Of a stretch of 64,000 nucleotides of DNA, positions 45,538 through 54,548 are shown in pieces. Position numbers and translations under genes: made by a program. The stretch lies in the NCBI GenBank assembly GCA_014685065.1, contig GCA_014685065.1_4092.2; one strand, written 5' to 3'. How positions within the stretch are numbered: the stretch's first letter is position 1; every line of letters starts with the position of its first letter. Origin of the DNA: a phage. The notes below the pieces were generated by a model that worked only from the letters and a program-made list of their open reading frames with translations, searched no databases and had not been told where the DNA came from.

Positions 45538-45600
45538 TTGCATAGTACTTAGAATCAAGTATAATGTTTTACATAGAGAGGGGGAAATGGTTCTCCCTCC
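45538..45600 (+). promoter_or_regulatory. early promoter cassette + hairpin
   Basis: TTGCAT 45538, TATAAT 45560. Confidence 0.6.
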
Positions 45601-45619
45601 TACATTAAGGAGTTTTATC

Positions 45620-46021
45620 ATGACTTTCTCAATCACTTCCTTTGCTGACGTTTTAGTACTGGCTCGGACTTTTGGTAAAGATGCACTGGAGTACGCTGTA
45701 AGTAATGGCACTCTCCAACCGGAACAATGCCGCATCATTGGAAACTGTAAACGTTGGGCGGTATCCAATACTATTGCACTAGAAAACTTCAACGATGGTA
45801 ACAATGAGTATTCAGTTGATGCAGTATTCGAAGCCGTTGATCTTGGCGGTATCTATAACACTAACCTAAATGATGTGCGTATCGTTCGCACGGGGTTCGG
45901 TGCTTATGATGTATCTATCCGTGAAGCTATGAACACCGGATACATTAGTAAGGACTTACTTGCTCACATCATGCAGCTATGGACGGAACGTAACGAAGCA
46001 CGCACTATCTTAGGACTATAA
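45620..46021 (+). CDS. hypothetical protein
   Basis: ATG after SD AAGGAG. Confidence 0.6.
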   Translation: MTFSITSFADVLVLARTFGKDALEYAVSNGTLQPEQCRIIGNCKRWAVSNTIALENFNDGNNEYSVDAVFEAVDLGGIYNTNLNDVRIVRTGFGAYDVSIREAMNTGYISKDLLAHIMQLWTERNEARTILGL

Positions 46022-46089
46022 GCATTACACATCACCAAACATCATAGGCCGCTCTCTAGCGGCCTTAACTATATCAGGAGGGCATACAT

Positions 46090-46299
46090 ATGTTCTATAC
46101 AGTATACAGCGTTCTAGGTACTATTGCTGGCGTACATGATAACGTCAGTGATGCTATGCGTACAGTACTGCAACAGGTTCCACTAAAGCCTAAGACTGTT
46201 AAGCAGATGACAGCACGACTAACCAGGGCGACGGATGGCGTGGAAGTATGGCAGGACTACGGGGATACACAGATAATCGTTAGCGTAACGAAGGATTAA
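46090..46299 (+). CDS. hypothetical protein
   Basis: ORF track; SD AGGAGG. Confidence 0.55.
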   Translation: MFYTVYSVLGTIAGVHDNVSDAMRTVLQQVPLKPKTVKQMTARLTRATDGVEVWQDYGDTQIIVSVTKD

Positions 46300-46548
46300 T
46301 GCGTAAAGGGATCTAGTACTGATTCAGAAAAAAGTCAAGGCGTTTTTAAAATTATGCGTTAAAAAAATGCATAGGTAATCCCTTGACTTTTTTGAAATAA
46401 AAGGGATTGGACTATGGCAAAATGCGTAGGGGGCTAAAGGGCGGGTAACCTTAGCGACTTCGATAAAGGGGTATTACGAATAAAATGTTATTGACTTTTT
46501 ATACAAATCGTATAAAATATGATTGATATTAATTTTAAGGGAGTCCCT

Positions 46549-46746
46549 ATGCGTATTTTAACTCAAGCAGAACACCACGAAAGACTTATCAATAACATGG
46601 CTATGATAATGTATAAGTCACATGAACGTGGTATTGCCTATAAGCGTGAATTAATTATGGCACTATTCATTGGAACTAACTTTCAGGAAAGGTATGTCAA
46701 GGATTGGATTTGGTATTTAATTGAAGATGTAACGAGTAAACTATGA
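46549..46746 (+). CDS. LGTNYQ-family small protein
   Basis: ATG after SD AAGGGAG; motif IGTNFQERYV. Confidence 0.55.
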   Translation: MRILTQAEHHERLINNMAMIMYKSHERGIAYKRELIMALFIGTNFQERYVKDWIWYLIEDVTSKL

Positions 46747-46943
46747 AAATGCGTAAATTAACCGAAAAAGAATATCAAGCACTGTTACGTAAAAACTTCA
46801 CAAAGATTTATAATACAGACTCACACGTAGAACGAATGGAGTTATACCTTTTGATTACATTGGGAACTAACTATCAGGATGCATGGGTAACGAAATATGT
46901 GGATACATTGAAAAATAAAACATTGTCCACGAGGAAACAATGA
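46743..46943 (+). CDS. LGTNYQ-family small protein
   Basis: ATGA overlap; LGTNYQDAWV. Confidence 0.6.
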   Translation: MKMRKLTEKEYQALLRKNFTKIYNTDSHVERMELYLLITLGTNYQDAWVTKYVDTLKNKTLSTRKQ

Positions 46944-47155
46944 AAACTATAACACGAACCCAATCATTCGGACTTATCTTGAAATACATGGACTTAATGG
47001 TGGATATCAGCAAAGACCTTAGTAAAACTGAAATTGAAGTTGCAATTGCAAGAGCAGAGTTCCGCATGTTGGCTGTACTGAACACAAACCATCAGGAAGA
47101 TTATGTTGAAGAATGGATTCATTTTTTAATAGAAGATATAAAGAGTAAATTATGA
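46940..47155 (+). CDS. LGTNYQ-family small protein
   Basis: ATGA overlap; LNTNHQEDYV. Confidence 0.6.
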   Translation: MKTITRTQSFGLILKYMDLMVDISKDLSKTEIEVAIARAEFRMLAVLNTNHQEDYVEEWIHFLIEDIKSKL

Positions 47156-47367
47156 TTATTATAGAAAACTCATATCAATATACTGAACGCATCGCTGCCA
47201 GACAACTTGAAATCCTCATAATATACGAAGAGACTTCTGATTTAAACTTAGCCGAGGTATTGGAAAATGATATACTATTGGGTGCATTCTTAGGAACAGA
47301 CTATCAGAAGTATTATGAGGAAAAGTATTTGTCATCTCTTGAGAAATACATCAGGAGTAAACTATGA
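47152..47367 (+). CDS. LGTNYQ-family small protein
   Basis: ATGA overlap; LGTDYQKYYE. Confidence 0.6.
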   Translation: MIIIENSYQYTERIAARQLEILIIYEETSDLNLAEVLENDILLGAFLGTDYQKYYEEKYLSSLEKYIRSKL

Positions 47368-47576
47368 TTTTTTTAACACCAGAAGAATATAAGAAACGTT
47401 TCAAATCCGCACAGGGTGAAATCTTACTTATATACCTTTCAAATGCAGACCTTGACTTATCAAGGGTATTAGAAAAAGATTTACTTATGGGTGCATTTTT
47501 GGATACAGACTTTCAGGAGTATTATGTAGGGGAATACTTAATTGCACTCCAGAAATACATCAGGAGTAAACTATGA
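47364..47576 (+). CDS. LGTNYQ-family small protein
   Basis: ATGA overlap; LDTDFQEYYV. Confidence 0.6.
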   Translation: MIFLTPEEYKKRFKSAQGEILLIYLSNADLDLSRVLEKDLLMGAFLDTDFQEYYVGEYLIALQKYIRSKL

Positions 47577-47791
47577 AACATTTAAGTATCACCGAGAAGA
47601 ATAAAATTGTCATTGCTGCAATAAACAAATATTTTACACTTCCTCACAAAGAAGGTTTATGTGTAAGGGAACACAGGATAAACACCACCGATATACGCAT
47701 GATGGCTGTACTGGGGACGAACTTTCAGGAAGAGTATGTTGTTGCACACATAGTTGCCCTCACAAATCTAATAAGGGATAAATGTAAATGA
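47573..47791 (+). CDS. LGTNYQ-family small protein
   Basis: ATGA overlap; LGTNFQEEYV. Confidence 0.6.
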   Translation: MKHLSITEKNKIVIAAINKYFTLPHKEGLCVREHRINTTDIRMMAVLGTNFQEEYVVAHIVALTNLIRDKCK

Positions 47792-48045
47792 AATACTTAA
47801 CTTCTGACGAATATTCACTTAGAATTCGTAAACTCACCCCAGAAGCAAGAGTAATCTACGATGACGATGCACTTTCATGGGTCGAGATGAAAGTTAAAGT
47901 TCATGAGCTATGGTTGCTGTACTTTGTGGGAACCCAATATCAAGAGAAATATTGTACCGATTATCTTGAACAACTAATGGATCTTATACAGGAAAAACTA
48001 AATGATCGAATTGTGGAAAAATATGAAAACTTTATCAAGCACTGA
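47788..48045 (+). CDS. LGTNYQ-family small protein
   Basis: ATGA overlap; VGTQYQEKY. Confidence 0.55.
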   Translation: MKYLTSDEYSLRIRKLTPEARVIYDDDALSWVEMKVKVHELWLLYFVGTQYQEKYCTDYLEQLMDLIQEKLNDRIVEKYENFIKH

Positions 48046-48274
48046 GTATCAAACTGCCCTCTTCTCCCTTCTAAACACCCTCCGCACGAACAATAAACTT
48101 TATAATTCCCGTGAAGCTGATATCATCAATGCTGAGGTATATCTTAATAAATTCATAGGGACAAACTATCAAGAAATGTTCACTCAACGATATATCTCTG
48201 CACTGAGAAACGCAATATGTGATAAAACCCGCCAAGCCCAAAGAGAATGGAATAAACAATGCGACAAAGACTAA
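48023..48274 (+). CDS. LGTNYQ-family small protein
   Basis: internal ATG of tracked ORF; IGTNYQEMF. Confidence 0.5.
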   Translation: MKTLSSTEYQTALFSLLNTLRTNNKLYNSREADIINAEVYLNKFIGTNYQEMFTQRYISALRNAICDKTRQAQREWNKQCDKD

Positions 48275-48510
48275 ATCACAAAATGTATTGTAAACTATTG
48301 CAGACACTGGCACAGAAACACTATGACACTGTATCTGAAATATTACCCTATGATATCATGCGTTTAATTCATAGTGAGGCAGAGATGCTTGTACTGATGA
48401 CAGGCACTGATAAAAAAGCAATTGCCAAATCAATAGATATGTTCATCGAAGCACAATGTCAACACATTAGAACCGAGATATGGAGACGAGAGAATGATAA
48501 CACTAAATGA
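48259..48510 (+). CDS. LGTNYQ-family small protein (divergent)
   Basis: ORF track; start uncertain. Confidence 0.45.
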   Translation: MRQRLNHKMYCKLLQTLAQKHYDTVSEILPYDIMRLIHSEAEMLVLMTGTDKKAIAKSIDMFIEAQCQHIRTEIWRRENDNTK

Positions 48511-48709
48511 GTTTCAGTATCATTGGAGGTTACAAACTATCAAATCAAAAGTGTATAGTATTGTGTTAAACAAATCTATTGCACAAGAGGACAAATGTGT
48601 TATAATAGCTGAAATGAAGTTGGGTGCTTTCGTAGGGACAAACTATCAAAACATCTACACTGACGTATTGTTAAGTGCCTTACGTAACAAGGTGGTATCC
48701 AAAATATGA
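48494..48709 (+). CDS. LGTNYQ-family small protein
   Basis: VGTNYQNIY. Confidence 0.55.
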   Translation: MITLNEFQYHWRLQTIKSKVYSIVLNKSIAQEDKCVIIAEMKLGAFVGTNYQNIYTDVLLSALRNKVVSKI

Positions 48710-48924
48710 GAAATTTACAAGGCTTTGAATACATCAGACTCCTGAAAACATGCACCAGCAGAAGGAAAATCTTATCAAGCGATAAGAGCATCCAAGCTAA
48801 CCTTAAGCACGCACTAGTAACTGAACTCTATGTAGGTGCACTCTTAGGCACAAATTATCAACAAATGTATGTAGATCTATGGATTGACGCTCTACAGAAA
48901 GAGGTTAAAAGTAAATGCAAATGA
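48706..48924 (+). CDS. LGTNYQ-family small protein
   Basis: ATGA overlap; LGTNYQQMYV. Confidence 0.6.
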   Translation: MRNLQGFEYIRLLKTCTSRRKILSSDKSIQANLKHALVTELYVGALLGTNYQQMYVDLWIDALQKEVKSKCK

Positions 48925-49133
48925 TTAATTTAAGTAAAGACGAATTTTATGTTATACTGGCGAAAACTTATCCAGCACGTAAGGCCGTTTATGATAGTCA
49001 CATTATTGAACCCTCAAAGAAGTTGATTTTAGTAAATGAGATAAAGATGCTTTCAGTCTTAGGAACAAACTATCAAGAGAATGCTGTACTGATGTTAATT
49101 GATGCCCTCCAGCGAGAGGTTAAACGTAAATGA
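48915..49133 (+). CDS. LGTNYQ-family small protein
   Basis: LGTNYQENAV. Confidence 0.6.
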   Translation: MQMINLSKDEFYVILAKTYPARKAVYDSHIIEPSKKLILVNEIKMLSVLGTNYQENAVLMLIDALQREVKRK

Positions 49134-49360
49134 AAATGATTAATTTAACTTACCATGAATATCAAAAACGTTTAAATGCATCCAGAGATATAAGGATTCA
49201 AATATTCAATAACAAAAGATTGAAGCCTGATATCAGGAAAATCAAAATCATAGAAGCCGTGTTGTGCAACTTCCTAGGGACTAACTATCAGGAAGGTAAG
49301 GTAGAAAACTATCTTATAGAACTCATGAATAGTATTGAAAATAAATGTAAGGGTAATTAA
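49130..49360 (+). CDS. LGTNYQ-family small protein
   Basis: ATGA overlap; LGTNYQEGKV. Confidence 0.6.
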   Translation: MKMINLTYHEYQKRLNASRDIRIQIFNNKRLKPDIRKIKIIEAVLCNFLGTNYQEGKVENYLIELMNSIENKCKGN

Positions 49361-49361
49361 C

Positions 49362-49601
49362 ATGAAAATGATTAAATTATCTCAAGCAAAATATAAAGAA
49401 CGCCTGGTAAAAATTGCACCTGGACTTAATGAAATCCATCACGGAGAAGTCATTAAACACGGAAATAAGATGATTATGAAACTTGAGTTAAAGGTGGGTG
49501 CATTCATAGGAACAAACTATCAGGAGTATTATGTAGATGAATACATAATCGCACTTAAGAGATACATTGGAAGAAAACTATATCTACAAACTAAAGAATA
49601 G
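49362..49601 (+). CDS. LGTNYQ-family small protein
   Basis: IGTNYQEYYV; internal ATG of tracked ORF. Confidence 0.55.
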   Translation: MKMIKLSQAKYKERLVKIAPGLNEIHHGEVIKHGNKMIMKLELKVGAFIGTNYQEYYVDEYIIALKRYIGRKLYLQTKE

Positions 49602-49630
49602 TATTGAAAATAAATGTAAGGGTAATTAAC

Positions 49631-49894
49631 ATGCAAATGATCAATTTAAGTAAAGATGAATATACCGAGCGTATGACAAAAATTACGCACAAACGTAATA
49701 CAATCTATCACAACCCAGAAATTCAACACAGTAAGAAAATGATTATGATGCGTGAGTTAAAGATGGGTGTATTCTTAGGAACAAACTATCAAGATACAGA
49801 AGTAAATCGCTTAATCGCGGAGTTACTACTGGAAATCAGAGGTAAGCTGTACTTTCATCAAATGACCCAACCACTGAGGTGTACTAAGAAATGA
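49631..49894 (+). CDS. LGTNYQ-family small protein
   Basis: LGTNYQDTEV; upstream junction is a duplicate of 49320-49365. Confidence 0.55.
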   Translation: MQMINLSKDEYTERMTKITHKRNTIYHNPEIQHSKKMIMMRELKMGVFLGTNYQDTEVNRLIAELLLEIRGKLYFHQMTQPLRCTKK

Positions 49895-50106
49895 TCAACA
49901 TCACATTGCAAGAAAGATTCATCCGAATCAACTATGCAATTACCAAATTAGATGCTACTATAGGATTCCAAAGTCTACCATACAAAACCAGATTGTTATT
50001 AGAGTGTGAAGCTAAGTTGGGTGTACTATTAGGGACGCAACACCAACAACGATATGTGGAAATCTGGATTGATCTTTTAACCCAGGATGTACATGAGAGA
50101 ATGTAA
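49891..50106 (+). CDS. LGTNYQ-family small protein
   Basis: ATGA overlap; LGTQHQQRYV. Confidence 0.6.
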   Translation: MINITLQERFIRINYAITKLDATIGFQSLPYKTRLLLECEAKLGVLLGTQHQQRYVEIWIDLLTQDVHERM

Positions 50107-50364
50107 ATGCAAAATGAAATGATATACTTAACCTATAATGAATACGTCGAGAGATTAGTTCGTGCCAAGAGATATACCAATAAACGTCCAATTGACCTAA
50201 ACCAAACCCCTGCCGAAAGGAGTGCAGAAGTTTTATACATTCAACTCATGTACTTTCTTGGCACTGACAGACAAGAGTATTACATTGAAAGTATGCTTCG
50301 ATATCTTAAATTCTCTATAAAGGAAAAGATACATGCTCAAGAATTTAAAAATCCTAACAGTTAA
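50107..50364 (+). CDS. LGTNYQ-family small protein
   Basis: LGTDRQEYY. Confidence 0.55.
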   Translation: MQNEMIYLTYNEYVERLVRAKRYTNKRPIDLNQTPAERSAEVLYIQLMYFLGTDRQEYYIESMLRYLKFSIKEKIHAQEFKNPNS

Positions 50365-50575
50365 TGAATATCATACGATTGTAATGAAAACTAATAGTGC
50401 AATTTCTAAAAAATCAAACCCAAAGTACATACTGGAACACACATTCGAAGAACGTCAATTAGCTTTAGTTGAAGCAAAACTTCTTGCACTCCTAGGAACA
50501 AACTATCAAGAAGAATACATCAGAAAACTAATATACCTTTTAACTAAACATATAAGAAAAAGAAAAAATGCATGA
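50333..50575 (+). CDS. LGTNYQ-family small protein
   Basis: LGTNYQEEYI; 32-nt overlap with previous gene. Confidence 0.5.
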   Translation: MLKNLKILTVNEYHTIVMKTNSAISKKSNPKYILEHTFEERQLALVEAKLLALLGTNYQEEYIRKLIYLLTKHIRKRKNA

Positions 50576-50802
50576 AACACTTGACAGATGATGAACATGG
50601 GCTTATAGTAATGGATGTAATCAACATCGAATACAAAAAGTTGATACGCTACCGTTGTTATGAAGATAAGCAACTCGTTCTAGCAGAACAGAAGTTGTTT
50701 CGACTCTTAAACACAAACTTCCAAGCACAATACGAAGAATCGTATATGTACCTTTTGGCGAGGAAAGCAAAAAGAGATTATGAAAATTTTAAGCAAAGGT
50801 GA
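50572..50802 (+). CDS. LGTNYQ-family small protein
   Basis: ATGA overlap; LNTNFQAQY. Confidence 0.55.
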   Translation: MKHLTDDEHGLIVMDVINIEYKKLIRYRCYEDKQLVLAEQKLFRLLNTNFQAQYEESYMYLLARKAKRDYENFKQR

Positions 50803-50995
50803 TTCAGTAATATTACTTATAGAGAGTTCAAGTAAATTCTTAAACATAACATTGTCTGATATAGATGAGGATGAAAAAGAGTTACTGAGAGCAGATTTAA
50901 GAGTACTGTTACATATCGGAACAAACCTACAAGAAGAATATGTAGAGTGCTACATCAATGAACTTAAAGAATCAGTACTGAGAAAATGCAAATGA
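50780..50995 (+). CDS. LGTNYQ-family small protein
   Basis: IGTNLQEEYV. Confidence 0.55.
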   Translation: MKILSKGDSVILLIESSSKFLNITLSDIDEDEKELLRADLRVLLHIGTNLQEEYVECYINELKESVLRKCK

Positions 50996-51213
50996 AAATC
51001 ATTACCGATGTAGAATACCTAACAATCATAAATGGACTGTTTTTGAAGCTCTTCGTCATTAACACATCAGATATACCAGATATGGATAAAATTATTAAGA
51101 GAAATGAAGTCTATGTTCTAGCTACCCTGGGAACGAACTATCAAGAACACGACATTAATGATTATATTAATACACTTAAACGAGCGATTGAATTAAAATG
51201 CCAAAACCCCTAG
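50986..51213 (+). CDS. LGTNYQ-family small protein
   Basis: LGTNYQEHDI. Confidence 0.6.
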   Translation: MQMKIITDVEYLTIINGLFLKLFVINTSDIPDMDKIIKRNEVYVLATLGTNYQEHDINDYINTLKRAIELKCQNP

Positions 51214-51413
51214 GAACAGCAGAATACATTGAACTCATGGGATTACACTTCTCATCCTTTCAGAAACTTATGCGAGAATCAAAGAATGATTTAGAATATC
51301 ACATCAAAAGTTCAGATTTAAGAATGCTTCTCACTCTAAACACAGATTCCCAAGAGCGTTTTGTCAATGAGCATATTAGAGCACTTTTAAATGGCATCAA
51401 GGATAGACTATGA
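51198..51413 (+). CDS. LGTNYQ-family small protein
   Basis: LNTDSQERFV. Confidence 0.55.
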   Translation: MPKPLGTAEYIELMGLHFSSFQKLMRESKNDLEYHIKSSDLRMLLTLNTDSQERFVNEHIRALLNGIKDRL

Positions 51414-51625
51414 AGGAAATATCAAATCAAGAGTACTTGGCACTATTCAGGAAGAATAATCACAAATATATGGCACTTGATTCAAGAACTGATATAGGGG
51501 AACTTGAAAAAAATCTTTTGCGTTCAGAGATGATAGTACTGACACTCTTAGGAACACAGCATCAAGAGAGAACTGTTAATTCACACATAGGTATTCTTAT
51601 ACAGATAGTACAGGAAAAGATATGA
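51410..51625 (+). CDS. LGTNYQ-family small protein
   Basis: ATGA overlap; LGTQHQERTV. Confidence 0.6.
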   Translation: MKEISNQEYLALFRKNNHKYMALDSRTDIGELEKNLLRSEMIVLTLLGTQHQERTVNSHIGILIQIVQEKI

Positions 51626-51843
51626 GAATCATAACACAACAAGATATTCTTAAGTTCACAAGGGTTCATGCATCTGAATTTGATGCTATATTATCAAAAA
51701 GTTACAACAACCCTTATACAGAAGATGTACACTACAATGAATTATGGATGTATATACTTTTAGGTACAAATAAGCAAGAGCAAGCAGTACAGAAGTATTT
51801 GACAGCTTTACGTGATGCTACAGCTAATGGAGTATGTGTTTAA
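51622..51843 (+). CDS. LGTNYQ-family small protein
   Basis: ATGA overlap; LGTNKQEQAV. Confidence 0.6.
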   Translation: MRIITQQDILKFTRVHASEFDAILSKSYNNPYTEDVHYNELWMYILLGTNKQEQAVQKYLTALRDATANGVCV

Positions 51844-51844
51844 T

Positions 51845-52096
51845 ATGAAAGTACTGACAGAACTAGAAATGTATCATAGATTTAATAAGTACTCACATTT
51901 ACTGAAACCTATACATAGGATTAAGTGTTCTTGTTATGAGAAACAGGTTTTAATCTATGAGCACAAGTTCTTTGTATCATTAGGTACAGATCAACAAGAG
52001 TACTATTTGACGTTGTACTTGATTACATTAATAGATTTAATTCACTATAAAACCACAAAATCTAAACAAGCTAATAAAGAGAAATATGAAAACTAA
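51845..52096 (+). CDS. LGTNYQ-family small protein
   Basis: LGTDQQEYYL. Confidence 0.55.
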   Translation: MKVLTELEMYHRFNKYSHLLKPIHRIKCSCYEKQVLIYEHKFFVSLGTDQQEYYLTLYLITLIDLIHYKTTKSKQANKEKYEN

Positions 52097-52430
52097 TATA
52101 CAACTCAAGGTATATAAATCATTTGAACATACATATATCAAAAGTAGTCTATGTAGAGATGTAATGGATTACAAGGGTAAGCCATTCACAATTACCTATG
52201 ATTCTTATGTTAGTGATTTATATATATCATTTGTTAATTACGAAAATAAAATATACAAGCACGTTGATATTAAAGATTTAAGTACTTTATCTGAAGAGGA
52301 ATACTTTCAGGAATCATTAGTATGGGATTTAGAGTTTCCTATGCCATTAGTCCATAAAATGATAGTACTAATGAAAGAATCTAAACAGGAGCCTAATGGT
52401 GATTATGAAGAACACACAGTTGAGTATTAA
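52086..52430 (+). CDS. EEYFQ-family protein
   Basis: motif LSEEEYFQESLVWD. Confidence 0.6.
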   Translation: MKTNIQLKVYKSFEHTYIKSSLCRDVMDYKGKPFTITYDSYVSDLYISFVNYENKIYKHVDIKDLSTLSEEEYFQESLVWDLEFPMPLVHKMIVLMKESKQEPNGDYEEHTVEY

Positions 52431-52782
52431 GAGTTATACAAGCTCAAGTACTGTGACAATCGAAGTGAATTCTATTAATGCTGGTAATGCAGTAGATAAG
52501 TTCTTTATTGCTCAAGGGTACAGGAAAGATATTCATCAATATTGTTCAGTATATGGGGAGTACAATTCCACTGAAGATATAATTTATTGGTCAACACATC
52601 AAGATTATCTAACTAAAATTGGAGTTCCAGATGTTAGTACTTTATCTGAAGAAGAATACTTTCAGTACAGCTTAGTACATGATGTACCTATACCTTTAGG
52701 GTTAATCAAGGGTATACAGGAAGAGGTTCATAAGCTTAAATCCATGAGTTCAGGCACTTTCATTAGAACAGTGCAATACTAG
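52396..52782 (+). CDS. EEYFQ-family protein
   Basis: LSEEEYFQYSLVHD; SD AGGAG; start could be 52405. Confidence 0.55.
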   Translation: MVIMKNTQLSIKSYTSSSTVTIEVNSINAGNAVDKFFIAQGYRKDIHQYCSVYGEYNSTEDIIYWSTHQDYLTKIGVPDVSTLSEEEYFQYSLVHDVPIPLGLIKGIQEEVHKLKSMSSGTFIRTVQY

Positions 52783-52841
52783 CTTGATAGTACTTTTCAT
52801 TACTGATATAGTACACTAACGTTAATCATAGGGTAAAAATT

Positions 52842-53087
52842 ATGTTAAATTTTTTAAATTTCCTTATCGTCTTGTGTATTGTTCTTGGGATTGCACCATT
52901 TGTATTGTATTTCATGGATTCAGATGAAATGCAGAAGATGAATTGCACAAGGACAGGACAGAGTAGAGAAGAGACGATTCTTATGCCTGTTACGGTTATT
53001 GTTAACAACATGCCCATTACAAACATGGTCCCTACCCTAACGACAACGTACCAGTACTCTTGTGCTGACGGAGAGAGGTGGAGATGA
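52842..53087 (+). CDS. small membrane protein
   Basis: ORF track; hydrophobic N-terminus. Confidence 0.45.
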   Translation: MLNFLNFLIVLCIVLGIAPFVLYFMDSDEMQKMNCTRTGQSREETILMPVTVIVNNMPITNMVPTLTTTYQYSCADGERWR

Positions 53088-53404
53088 AATTTAATATAGC
53101 AAAAACATCGAGTATATGTATTTTTGGTTATGCAGAAGAGTTAGGTGATATTGACATTCTTTTGTACAAAAAGGATGGTGTTATGCATTTCAAGTACCAG
53201 GATGAAGAGGCAGACAATTATCCTTTACCTAATTTAGTACAAATGCAGGAAGATGAATTATTCCAGTACAGCTTAGTATACGACATTGATATTTGCACGA
53301 TGCCAGTACTAATTAATATTCAAAAAGTGATGCTCGATATGTATGATAAGCTAATACAAGGTATGTCAGGGAGAATCATTGAAATCGATATACAAGACAA
53401 TTAA
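53084..53404 (+). CDS. EEYFQ-family protein
   Basis: QEDELFQYSLVYD; ATG at 53084 (tracked ORF begins at GTG 53078). Confidence 0.55.
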   Translation: MKFNIAKTSSICIFGYAEELGDIDILLYKKDGVMHFKYQDEEADNYPLPNLVQMQEDELFQYSLVYDIDICTMPVLINIQKVMLDMYDKLIQGMSGRIIEIDIQDN

Positions 53405-53597
53405 TCAAGAATGGAAGACCCAAAAGTACAGGGAATTCAACAGGAATTTTACAAAAGATGCATTGAATTTAAAAACAACAGAGTTTGATATGTTTATTTT
53501 TCTTGGAACACGTTCACAAGAACAATTTGTTCATTATTATATAAATTCGTTGCGAACGGAGATAGTATGCAAAACACAGGGTATTATAAAAAGGTAA
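53379..53597 (+). CDS. LGTNYQ-family small protein (dispersed copy)
   Basis: LGTRSQEQFV. Confidence 0.5.
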   Translation: MKSIYKTINQEWKTQKYREFNRNFTKDALNLKTTEFDMFIFLGTRSQEQFVHYYINSLRTEIVCKTQGIIKR

Positions 53598-53833
53598 ACC
53601 AATATTTGTACGCTACAAAGTACAGGGATTTTTGTTTAAAGGGTGGTGATGAAGATTTTTCTTTGCGATTATCAGAATTTAATCTGTTATTTTATCTTGG
53701 TACAAAAGAACAAGAAGAAATGGCACAGAAATTTATCAAGCACCTTGTACAAAAAATTAATATGCAAATTTTGATGCTTAAGATACAGAATGAGATAAAT
53801 GAATATGAATCCAGAAATAGTTCAGGATCTTAA
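53567..53833 (+). CDS. LGTNYQ-family small protein (dispersed copy)
   Basis: LGTKEQEEM. Confidence 0.5.
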   Translation: MQNTGYYKKVNQYLYATKYRDFCLKGGDEDFSLRLSEFNLLFYLGTKEQEEMAQKFIKHLVQKINMQILMLKIQNEINEYESRNSSGS

Positions 53834-54191
53834 AAAAGTAATATTTCTTTTGAATACAAGAAGTGAATTGTATACAGAGTTAAAAGAGATTAATGCATTT
53901 TATCAGAATTTTGTAATCCAAGAGTTCAGTGATTTAATTACAGATGCATTATTTGAATTCTCGGAGAAATACAAAGGAACAGAGTTCAGTGTTAAGAATG
54001 TTATTCGTCCAAGTACAAGGAAAATTATATTATCACATTTTACATTTGACAATAAAGATTTATTCAGTCATAATCCAAGTACAGCTTTATATTTTATTCC
54101 TGATTCAGACAAATATCATCCTATTCATTACGGATGGATTTTGTCATATATAGTACAAGGAAAGGAGTATCCTATTAAATGGAAAGATTAG
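53799..54191 (+). CDS. hypothetical protein
   Basis: ORF track. Confidence 0.5.
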   Translation: MNMNPEIVQDLKKVIFLLNTRSELYTELKEINAFYQNFVIQEFSDLITDALFEFSEKYKGTEFSVKNVIRPSTRKIILSHFTFDNKDLFSHNPSTALYFIPDSDKYHPIHYGWILSYIVQGKEYPIKWKD

Positions 54192-54339
54192 GGCGATTAG
54201 ATTATTACACAATTAATACAAATTATTTGTTGCGTAATATAAAATCCGATTACAAAATATGGATAAAGAACAGAGATAGTATGTGTTATGAATTTTATTT
54301 AGATTATGCCATCAAACGCTTTTTAAGAGAAGAACATTA

Positions 54340-54540
54340 ATGCACACACCGCACAAAGAGCACACAGAGCACAAAAATACAAAAACGATAAATGTTTTAA
54401 ATGATTCTTTATTGGTGAGTATAAATTTATATTATAAAATTCATTTAAATGGTGGTATTGAAAATTTTAGTTATTATTTGAGTGCAATATCGCAAGAGCA
54501 TTTAATATACCAAGATCATTTATTGCACCCGAATCCATAA
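54340..54540 (+). CDS. hypothetical protein
   Basis: ORF track. Confidence 0.4.
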   Translation: MHTPHKEHTEHKNTKTINVLNDSLLVSINLYYKIHLNGGIENFSYYLSAISQEHLIYQDHLLHPNP

Positions 54541-54548
54541 GGCAAATT

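Noticed and set aside
46549-52096. CRISPR-like periodic array
   Set aside because: The ~215-bp period comes from tandem protein-coding paralogs with start and stop codons; there are no short identical direct repeats separated by unique spacers.
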